Shown one piece after another: positions 1-6,498 of a DNA stretch of 13,528 nt. The notes beneath the pieces are model-generated. The model was not told where the DNA came from, did no database searches, and saw nothing but the letters and a program-made list of their open reading frames with translations. The position numbers and the translations under genes are program-made. Source of the stretch: Myxococcales bacterium (lineage in GTDB: Bacteria; Myxococcota_A; UBA9042). The stretch spans positions 1-13,528 of the forward strand of contig JBBISH010000151.1 in NCBI GenBank assembly GCA_037441385.1, written 5' to 3'. Each line of letters opens with the position of its first letter. Positions within the stretch are counted from its first letter, which is position 1.

Positions 1-25
1 AGAAACTCTTTCCATGTCGTACACT

Positions 26-155
26 TGGCCCTCACCCCGCCGCTGGCGCGTCTGCCCCTCTCCCAAGGCATTGGGCGAGGGGCAAGGAAATTTTCCTTTA
101 CCCCTCGCCCACTTCAGTGGGAGAGGGCTCGGCCACAGGCCGGGGGTGAGGGCCA
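26..155. repeat. REP-like palindromic doublet (two inverted GC-rich hairpin units around an AT-rich palindromic centre)
   Basis: TGGCCCTCACCCC (26-38) is the perfect reverse complement of GGGGTGAGGGCCA (143-155). Hairpin 53-84 is TGCCCCTCTCCCAA-GGCA-TTGGGCGAGGGGCA and hairpin 102-127 is CCCTCGCCCACT-TC-AGTGGGAGAGGG. The centre is AAGGAAA-T-TTTCCTT (84-98). It resembles the widespread CCCTCACCCC..CCTCTCCC..GGGAGAGGG extragenic repeats. Confidence 0.85.
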
Positions 156-190
156 GAAGCTCGGCGCAAGAGTAAGCAAACGGTATGGCA

Positions 191-231
191 GGCACCGACG
201 GGCCACCGATGGCCCACCGATTGGGCACCGC
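191..231 (+). repeat. Four degenerate 11-bp tandem direct repeats (core CACCG[A/C])
   Basis: CACCGA at 193, 204 and 215 and CACCGC at 226, an exact 11-bp period, in the intergenic DNA upstream of the START gene. Confidence 0.7.
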
Positions 232-300
232 CGATGCGCGCCACCCGCTGGCGCCGAGAGCAGCAATCCCGCGATCCCCGCGGCACAACACGAGACGATC

Positions 301-900
301 ATGGCTATTCATTTCCGTTACTTGCATTGGATGCGCTGGATCGGCAGCGCCGCGTTGGTGCTCGCGGCCAGCACGGGTGTGGCCGCCGGCGATGTCGAAA
401 GTCGGCTTGCGGCGGGCGAGATCGTACTGACCACCCGCAGCGTGGCCGGCTGCGACCTGCCCGAGGCGACCCTGCAGGCGGTCATCGACGCGCCACCCGC
501 CAAGGTCTGGAAGCTCATCGACGACTGCAACAACTACACCCGCACCATGTTGCGCATCGCCGAATCCAAAGAGCTGATGCGCAACGGCACCGCCTCGCAG
601 TGCATGACGGTCGTAGATATGCCCATGCCGATCAGCAACTTGACGTCGGTGTCGGTGGCCGAGTCTGTGCCCGGTCCGCCGCAATGGAAGCGCACCTGGA
701 AGCTGCTGCGCGGCGACTACAAGCGCAACGAAGGCTCGTGGACGCTGACGAATTACGACGCCGAGGGCAAGCGAACGCGCATCGTCTACCGCGTCCTGGC
801 CGATCCCAACGTGTCGGTGCCCAACTACATCATCCGCAAGGCGCAAGAGAGCACCCTGCCCGACATGATCAAGAAAATCCGCACCCTTGCCACTCGGTAG
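301..900 (+). CDS. Exported START/SRPBCC (polyketide cyclase/lipid-transport) domain protein
   Basis: Signal-like N-terminus (MRWIGSAALVLAASTGVAA). SRPBCC motifs VIDAPPAKVWKLIDD, GDYKRNEGSWTL, TRIVYRVLADP and a C-terminal helix. Start is ATG 301 or 331. The ORF-track extension from 25 runs through the repeat and is unlikely to be coding. Confidence 0.8.
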   Translation: MAIHFRYLHWMRWIGSAALVLAASTGVAAGDVESRLAAGEIVLTTRSVAGCDLPEATLQAVIDAPPAKVWKLIDDCNNYTRTMLRIAESKELMRNGTASQCMTVVDMPMPISNLTSVSVAESVPGPPQWKRTWKLLRGDYKRNEGSWTLTNYDAEGKRTRIVYRVLADPNVSVPNYIIRKAQESTLPDMIKKIRTLATR

Positions 901-906
901 TGCCGC

Positions 907-2139
907 ATGTCCCGTCCACAACAGCCCGATTTGTCGGTCCCCCAATTTGCCCAGCACTGGACCCAATTTGCCCAGCACTGGACCCTGGACCCCGACGTCA
1001 CGTTCTTGAACCACGGCTCGTATGGCGCCTGTCCGCGCACGGTACAGCGGGCGCGGGCGGCTTGGCTGGATCGGCTCGAGCGCGAGCCCGTCACCCTGCT
1101 GACCCGCGAACTCGAAGGTCTTTTGGCCACTGTCCGCCATGCGCTGGGCGCCTTCTTGGGCTGTGACGGCGACGATTTGGCCCTGATCAGCAATGCCACG
1201 GAGGGCGTAGGAACGGTTGTTCGTTCGCTAACTTGGCATCCCAATGACGAAGTGCTAGTCATCGATCACGGATATAACGCCTGCAAAAATGCCGCACAAG
1301 TCGAGATCGAGCGTTTTGGCGGTCGTCTGGTGATGGCGGCCGTGCCCTTCCCGCTCGCCGATGCGACCACAGCGATAGAGGCAATTCTTTCGTCGTGTAG
1401 CGATCATACCAAGCTAGCCATCATCGATCACATTGCGAGTCCCACTGCAGTCCTGTTTCCCATCAAGGAAATCGTGCAGAAACTGCAGGCGCGCGGCATC
1501 GATGTACTGGTCGACGGCGCCCACGCCCCCGGGATGGTGCCGCTGCACCTGGACGACCTGGGCGCGGCCTACTACACCGGCAACTGCCACAAGTGGCTGT
1601 GTGCACCCAAAGGCGCTGCTTTTCTTCATGTTCGCCGCGATCGCCAAGACCGCATCCGGCCGCTGGGATTCTCACACGGCGCGAACAGTTCGCGCACCGA
1701 TACCTCGCGTTTTCGGGTGGAATTCGATTGGACGGGCACCCGCGATCCGTCGCCGTGGCTGACCATCCCGGCGGCCATCGAGTCGATGGCCGAGCTGCTG
1801 CCTGGGGGCTGGCCAGCGATCTACCAGCGAAATCACGAACTTGCTCTGCAGGCTCGCGACGTCCTGTGCCAATCCTTGCAGGTCGCCGCGCCCTGTCCGC
1901 CCGAGCTGATGGGCTCCATGGCGGCGGTGATCTTGCCCGCCGGCCAGCAACCCCAGGGCGGCGCAGGCGATTCGGATGCCCTGCACGCCTGGCTGTGGCA
2001 GCGGGGCTTCGATCTGCCGATCATGTCGTGGAATGGGCAGCGAATTCTTCGGGTTTCTTGCCAGCTGTACAACAGCCGCGAACAGGTTGTGCGGCTGGGG
2101 GAGCGGTTGGCGGAGTTGCGGACCCGCCATGAAGGATAG
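907..2139 (+). CDS. Class V PLP-dependent enzyme (isopenicillin N epimerase CefD / Egt2-type C-S lyase / cysteine desulfhydrase-like)
   Basis: Motifs FLNHGSYGACP, NAT, DHIASPT, VDGAH and PLP-lysine GNCHKWLCAPKG, plus FDWTGTRDP and LRVS. It starts 6 nt after the START gene stop, so co-transcription is likely. Confidence 0.9.
   Translation: MSRPQQPDLSVPQFAQHWTQFAQHWTLDPDVTFLNHGSYGACPRTVQRARAAWLDRLEREPVTLLTRELEGLLATVRHALGAFLGCDGDDLALISNATEGVGTVVRSLTWHPNDEVLVIDHGYNACKNAAQVEIERFGGRLVMAAVPFPLADATTAIEAILSSCSDHTKLAIIDHIASPTAVLFPIKEIVQKLQARGIDVLVDGAHAPGMVPLHLDDLGAAYYTGNCHKWLCAPKGAAFLHVRRDRQDRIRPLGFSHGANSSRTDTSRFRVEFDWTGTRDPSPWLTIPAAIESMAELLPGGWPAIYQRNHELALQARDVLCQSLQVAAPCPPELMGSMAAVILPAGQQPQGGAGDSDALHAWLWQRGFDLPIMSWNGQRILRVSCQLYNSREQVVRLGERLAELRTRHEG
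941..985 (+). repeat. Perfect 21-bp in-frame tandem duplication (QFAQHWT x2)
   Basis: CCCAATTTGCCCAGCACTGGA at 941-961 and again at 962-982, followed by CCC. Confidence 0.95.
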
Positions 2140-2151
2140 CTGCGATTTTGG

Positions 2152-3876
2152 CTACTTGCCCACAACCTTGGCCAGCGTCGTCAGCAGGTCCGCGGCGTCG
2201 TCCAAATTGGGCACACTGGCATCGTAGACCAGCAGGTCGGCGGCGAGCAGCGCCATGTGCTTGTCGTGCAACTGCTTTTGCGCCGCCAGGGTCGCCAGGG
2301 CGTCGCTCTGCTTGCCGGCCTCGGCCTGGGCCACGGCTTGGATGAGGCTCTGGCCATCGCCCAGCAGCAGCCAGGCACGGTGCACCGCCGGGTTGGTGAA
2401 GTAGGCCGTGCCGGCGTCGGGAATCTGAACCAGACCGGGCACTTGCACGGGCACGCTGAACTGCTCGGCAGCGCCGCCCTTGGACAGCGTGTAGCCGTAG
2501 GTCACCGTCGCCAGGGTCAGGTTCACCAGGTCAGACGGCTGGGTGTTGGCCGGAGCGATCAGGCGCGCCATCACCAAGCCGTTGCGCTTGCTGGCAAACA
2601 GGGTCGGCATCGCCACCGGGTCAGTGCCCACGCCGGGATCCTCAGGATTGCCCGGATCGGGGTTGCCCGGGTCGGTCGGCCCCACGGCCTCCATTGGGCC
2701 GGTGATGGTCACTTCGCCGTCCTTCTCGACCCACTTGAACCCATAGATCTCGGCCACTTTCCAGCCGTTCGCCAACTTGAATTGCAGGGTCAGCTTCTCG
2801 GCGACCGGCAGCAGCATCGTCTCCAGATCCTGGATGAACACCTCTTTGGCGGCCTGCGCGTTGGGCAGGAACCAGGCCGTACCGTTGCCCTTTTGCGCAA
2901 TGGCGTTCATCAGCGACGGCGAGAAATCCAAGCCCACGCCCACCGACGACACGCTGCAGCCGCCGGCCTTCGCCTCGGTCACCTGGCCCAAGATGCTGTC
3001 GAAGCCGGTCGTGCCGACCGTGGGCAAGCCGTCAGAAAGGAACAGGATTCGCTTCTGCTCAAAACCGGCCGGCGTCGCCTGGCATAGCGCGCTGCCGTCG
3101 CCCAGGGCTTGGAAGATGTTGGTGCCGCCGTCGGCGGCCAGGGCGTCGATCGCCTCGTGCAAGGCCTGGACATTGCTAGAATCGATCACGGCGGGCGGGA
3201 ACGGGACGCTCACCGTGCTCGAGAAACTGACCAGTCCCAGGCGCGTGCCCTTGGGCAACTGGTCGGCCAGGGCGTGCAACCCCGCTTTGACAAAGGCAAG
3301 TTTGTCCCCCGCCATCGAGCCCGAGCGGTCGATGACCACCGTCAGGCTCAGGGTCGTCTGCACATCGGCCAAAGTCTTGCCCGAATTCAGGCCAATCTGC
3401 AGCACCGCGCTGGGTTGGGCACCCGGCTCGACCATCACGCCGGCCAGGGCGTGCAGCGTCACGCTGCGGTCCTTCAGGGCGGGCGGCAGCACTGTGTCGT
3501 GCTCGTTCAGCCAGCCTTCGATGGTCATGTCGCCCGGCTTGGGTAGCAGAGCCGCGGCCAGCTTCTGGCGGAAAAACGCGATGTCTTGCGCCCCGCCCGG
3601 CTTGAGGCCAATGCCCTGGTCAGCGTTGCCCGCGCCGGGGGTCTGCGGCACGCCGCCGGTCGAGGTGCCAGCATCGGCCGACATGCTGCCGCCGCCGGTC
3701 TTGCCGTTCGAGGTGTCCGCGCTACTGCTGGTATCCTTGCTGGCGAACGAGCCACTGCCATTCGTCGACGCCGTGCTCGCCATCGGCGCAAAGTCACTCG
3801 CGCAACCTGCCAAGCTCAGCCCGAGCAGCGCCGCCACGCCTGCCCACTTGGTCCTGCCCAACCCGATCCTGCTCAT
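2152..3876 (-). CDS. VWA-domain lipoprotein (YfbK-like), 574 aa
   Basis: ATG 3876 is preceded by RBS AGGAGG. Basic n-region, hydrophobic h-region and lipobox LAGC, then a Ser/Gly/Thr linker. Intact MIDAS: VIDRSGSM, GGTN, LFLSDG, plus VGVGLDF. Confidence 0.9.
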   Translation of the reverse strand: MSRIGLGRTKWAGVAALLGLSLAGCASDFAPMASTASTNGSGSFASKDTSSSADTSNGKTGGGSMSADAGTSTGGVPQTPGAGNADQGIGLKPGGAQDIAFFRQKLAAALLPKPGDMTIEGWLNEHDTVLPPALKDRSVTLHALAGVMVEPGAQPSAVLQIGLNSGKTLADVQTTLSLTVVIDRSGSMAGDKLAFVKAGLHALADQLPKGTRLGLVSFSSTVSVPFPPAVIDSSNVQALHEAIDALAADGGTNIFQALGDGSALCQATPAGFEQKRILFLSDGLPTVGTTGFDSILGQVTEAKAGGCSVSSVGVGLDFSPSLMNAIAQKGNGTAWFLPNAQAAKEVFIQDLETMLLPVAEKLTLQFKLANGWKVAEIYGFKWVEKDGEVTITGPMEAVGPTDPGNPDPGNPEDPGVGTDPVAMPTLFASKRNGLVMARLIAPANTQPSDLVNLTLATVTYGYTLSKGGAAEQFSVPVQVPGLVQIPDAGTAYFTNPAVHRAWLLLGDGQSLIQAVAQAEAGKQSDALATLAAQKQLHDKHMALLAADLLVYDASVPNLDDAADLLTTLAKVVGK

Positions 3877-3940
3877 GGTGCCCTCCTGCCGCCGTCGCGG
3901 CTGCCTGTGGTGCGGCGTGCTGCCGATGCCAAAAGCGCAT

Positions 3941-3956
3941 TGCACGGGCCGTGCCA
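3941..3956 (-). promoter_or_regulatory. Candidate sigma54 (-24/-12) promoter of the VWA lipoprotein gene
   Basis: Minus strand reads TGGCACG-GCCC-GTGCA against consensus TGGCACG-N4-TTGCW: one mismatch, correct GG/GC spacing, 65 nt upstream of the ATG. Confidence 0.7.
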
Positions 3957-4050
3957 GGTGGACACACCACGCGGAAGTATGGATAATATCAGGAAACATT
4001 TGGCTGAACGGCCCAGTCGCCTCACGACGCGAGTGCGGCACTTCTCAGCA

Positions 4051-4067
4051 TGTCGATTTTTTCGACA
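4051..4067. promoter_or_regulatory. Palindrome TGTCGA-N5-TCGACA, candidate enhancer-binding-protein upstream activating sequence
   Basis: Perfect 6-bp arms (TGT-N11-ACA), centred about 130 bp upstream of the predicted sigma54 start site. Confidence 0.45.
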
Positions 4068-4077
4068 CTACTCCGCC

Positions 4078-4800
4078 TCAGGACTGGCCGGCCGGCGAAA
4101 AGCGGTAGCCAACCCCGCGCACCGTCACAAAGTGCCGCGGCACCTCGGGATCGGGCTCCAGCTTGCCGCGCAGCCGCATGACGAAGTTGTCGACCGTGCG
4201 CAACGTCGCCTGCTCGCTGCCCCACACGTCGCGCAGCAGATCTTCGCGCGTCAGGACCCGTTCCGGCCGGTCGACAAAGTGTAGCAACAGCGAGAATTCG
4301 CGCGCCGTCATCGGCACTTCGCTGGTTGCGCGCCGCACGCGGTGGCCCACACGGTCGATGTAGATATCGCCAAACGCGGGCTGCTCCGCCACCAAGGTGG
4401 TCGACGAGGCGTGGATACGCCGCGATCGCCGCAGCGACGTCCGCACCCGCGCTCGCAACTCGGCAAGACCAAATGGCTTGGTGATGTAGTCGTCGGCGCC
4501 CAGCTCCAGCCCCAGCACCTTGTCGGCCTCGTCGGCGCGGGCGGTGAGCAGCAGCACCGGCAAGTCGGGCTGCTCGCGGCGCAGCGCCCGCAACAGCTCA
4601 AAACCATTGCGCCCTGGCAGCATCACGTCCAGCAGGACCAGGTCCACCGTCAGCGGCCCGCGCAGCACCGCCTCGGCGGCGTCCGCATCGGCACACAGCA
4701 GGGTCTGATAGCCGTCCAGGCTCAGGTTCAAGTCCAGACCTTCGCGAATGGCGGCGTCGTCTTCCACGATCAGGATGCGCGCGTTGGGCTGGTCGTTCAC
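4078..4800 (-). CDS. OmpR/PhoB-family response regulator
   Basis: Receiver domain ILIVEDD, LLDVMLP (phospho-Asp), LLTAR, GADDYITKPF. Winged-helix domain REFSLL..LTREDLL..VW..RTVDNFVMRLRGKLE..TVRGVGYRF. GTG start. Confidence 0.97.
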   Translation of the reverse strand: MNDQPNARILIVEDDAAIREGLDLNLSLDGYQTLLCADADAAEAVLRGPLTVDLVLLDVMLPGRNGFELLRALRREQPDLPVLLLTARADEADKVLGLELGADDYITKPFGLAELRARVRTSLRRSRRIHASSTTLVAEQPAFGDIYIDRVGHRVRRATSEVPMTAREFSLLLHFVDRPERVLTREDLLRDVWGSEQATLRTVDNFVMRLRGKLEPDPEVPRHFVTVRGVGYRFSPAGQS

Positions 4801-4878
4801 GGTGGCACGTCCCTTGTTGGTGGCGTTGCGCCGCGGTTTGTGCCCGACCTTTCCGCAAACTGCAAGGTGCGGGGGCGC

Positions 4879-5787
4879 TCAGCCCGGCAGAGCCGGCAGT
4901 TCGACCACAAAGGTGCTGCCGCGCCCGGGCGCACTGTCCACGCGAATTCGCCCGCCGTGAGCCGACACCACGTGCTTGGCAAAGGCCAGGCCCAGACCCG
5001 AGCCTTCGGTCGCGCGCGACAAACGATCGTCCACGCGATAGAACATCTCGAAAATACGGCGATGTTCGTGCAAGGCGATCCCAGGCCCGTTGTCGTGGAC
5101 CGCGATCTGCACCCCGCGCCGGTGGCGGGCCGGGCTGGCACCGACCTTGACCGAGATCCGCTTGTCCGACCCCGTGTATTTGAAGGCATTGTCCAGCAAG
5201 TTCTGGACCACGTCTTGCAGCGCCTCGGCGTCCGCAGCCACCAGTGGCAGCCCTTGAGCCACTTCCACGGTCAGCGCCACACCGGGCTGATCTAGGCGCG
5301 GCTCAAAGCGCGTCGCCACCGCCTGGACCAGATCGGCCACATTGGTCGGGGCCAATTGATATTTGATCTTGCCGGCTTCTAGCCTAGCCAGCTCCAGCAG
5401 GCGGTCGATCATGGCCGAGAGGCGTTCGGTCTCTTGCCCCAGCAGCGCCAGCACCCGTTCGCGGCGTTCGGGATCCTCCAAGCGCTGCTCGCGCAGCGTC
5501 TCGACGAACATGCGGATCGACGTCAGGGGCGTCCGGAAGTCGTGGCTGACCTTGCTCAAGAAGTCGGCCTGCAGCCTAGATAAATCCGCCGACCGACGCA
5601 GCGCCACCACCAGCCAAGCCGCGCCGGCCAGCAGCTCGACACAAAAGACCAAGATCAGCACACCAAAGGCGACGTCAAAATTTTCGCGGCGGTAGTAGAG
5701 CACCAAGATGCCCACCACGCTCAGCACCACCGCCGGCGTGAGCAGGAAGGCCGAGGCCAAGTAGGCGGTCTGCCGCACGCGCCGCAT
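4879..5787 (-). CDS. Sensor histidine kinase (HisKA + HATPase_c) with two TM helices and almost no periplasmic loop
   Basis: H-box VSHDFRTPLTSI, N-box NLLDNAFKY, G1 DNGPGI, F-box IFEMFYR, G2 GSGLGLA. Two hydrophobic segments are separated by YYRRENFD. Confidence 0.95.
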   Translation of the reverse strand: MRRVRQTAYLASAFLLTPAVVLSVVGILVLYYRRENFDVAFGVLILVFCVELLAGAAWLVVALRRSADLSRLQADFLSKVSHDFRTPLTSIRMFVETLREQRLEDPERRERVLALLGQETERLSAMIDRLLELARLEAGKIKYQLAPTNVADLVQAVATRFEPRLDQPGVALTVEVAQGLPLVAADAEALQDVVQNLLDNAFKYTGSDKRISVKVGASPARHRRGVQIAVHDNGPGIALHEHRRIFEMFYRVDDRLSRATEGSGLGLAFAKHVVSAHGGRIRVDSAPGRGSTFVVELPALPG

Positions 5788-5790
5788 GAT

Positions 5791-6498
5791 TTAGGCCCCG
5801 CCGCGGTCGCGCTGGCGGAAGGCCAGGACTTCGCCCGCCACCCGCTTGATTTGCTTGATGTTCGCAATGCGCGACGGCGTCCCATCGGTGCGCGGCCGGC
5901 TGGCGATGGTCGTGTCGGCCACTCCGTAGCCGCGCCGTAGCGCCTGGGCGATCAGCTCGAAACTGAAGAAAAACGTGTCAGCGCCGATGCGTTGCAGGCC
6001 AATTTCGTCGCGCGCCAGCGCCACTGGGAACAAGTAGGTACCTTCCAGCGCAAAATCCACGCCGATCAGGGCGCGCATGTAGACGCGGAAACCCCGCGAG
6101 ATGAAAGTGCGCAGCCAGTTGTTCGGCCGGTTGCCGTACGTCGAGAGCACGATCGGCGCCTGCGCCAAAGCCGGCAGCATCTTGGCCAGCTCGGCGGCGG
6201 GGATCTGGCCGTCGGCGGCGAGCATGCAAAAATAGTCCTTGCTGGACGCGGCGATCCCGGTGCGCAGCCCAGCGCCCATGCCACGGTTGCGATCGTGCTG
6301 CAGCAGGCGGATGCGCGGTTCGGCCTGGGCCGCCTGGCGCACCAACTCAGCGGAGCGATCGGTCGAACCGTCGTCCACCACCAGGATCTCCCAGTCCGTC
6401 AGCGCACTTTGGCAGTAGGCCACCGCCTCGTCCAAGGTGGCCAGCAGGCTGCGCTCTTCGTTGAGGCACAGGTAGATGAGCGAGAGCGACGGATTCAT
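5791..6498 (-). CDS. GT2 family glycosyltransferase (DPM1/polyprenol-phosphate glycosyltransferase-like), 235 aa
   Basis: Begins MNPSLSLIYLCLNEE, with motifs EILVVDDGSTDRS, HDRNRGMGAGLRTG and ADGQ. The start overlaps the upstream stop (ATGA, 6495-6498) and the stop is 3 nt from the kinase start. Confidence 0.9.
   Translation of the reverse strand: MNPSLSLIYLCLNEERSLLATLDEAVAYCQSALTDWEILVVDDGSTDRSAELVRQAAQAEPRIRLLQHDRNRGMGAGLRTGIAASSKDYFCMLAADGQIPAAELAKMLPALAQAPIVLSTYGNRPNNWLRTFISRGFRVYMRALIGVDFALEGTYLFPVALARDEIGLQRIGADTFFFSFELIAQALRRGYGVADTTIASRPRTDGTPSRIANIKQIKRVAGEVLAFRQRDRGGA

Noticed and set aside
1..15. Possible start of a divergent minus-strand gene (ATG at 15, MERVS)
   Set aside because: Only five codons are visible and there is no clear RBS, so it cannot be supported.
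185..290. Possible CRISPR or other spacer-containing array
   Set aside because: The units are 11 bp, degenerate and contiguous with no unique spacers, and there are no cas genes.
25..300. N-terminal extension of the START ORF
   Set aside because: It translates the palindromic and tandem repeats and would bury the signal peptide.
907..2139. Assigning the symbol cefD or egtE, or calling a beta-lactam cluster
   Set aside because: Family motifs do not fix the substrate and no pathway genes are adjacent.
3975..4001. IHF site in the AT-rich stretch
   Set aside because: TATCAG is present but the downstream TTR is not at consensus spacing, so it is recorded only as AT-rich.
3877..4041. N-terminal extension of the VWA ORF
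   Set aside because: It covers the promoter region. The SD and lipoprotein signal point to ATG 3876.
2257..4284. Long plus-strand ORFs (2257..3087, 2777..4108, 3586..4284)
   Set aside because: They are antisense to well-supported genes, have no recognisable motifs, and are expected in GC-rich sequence.
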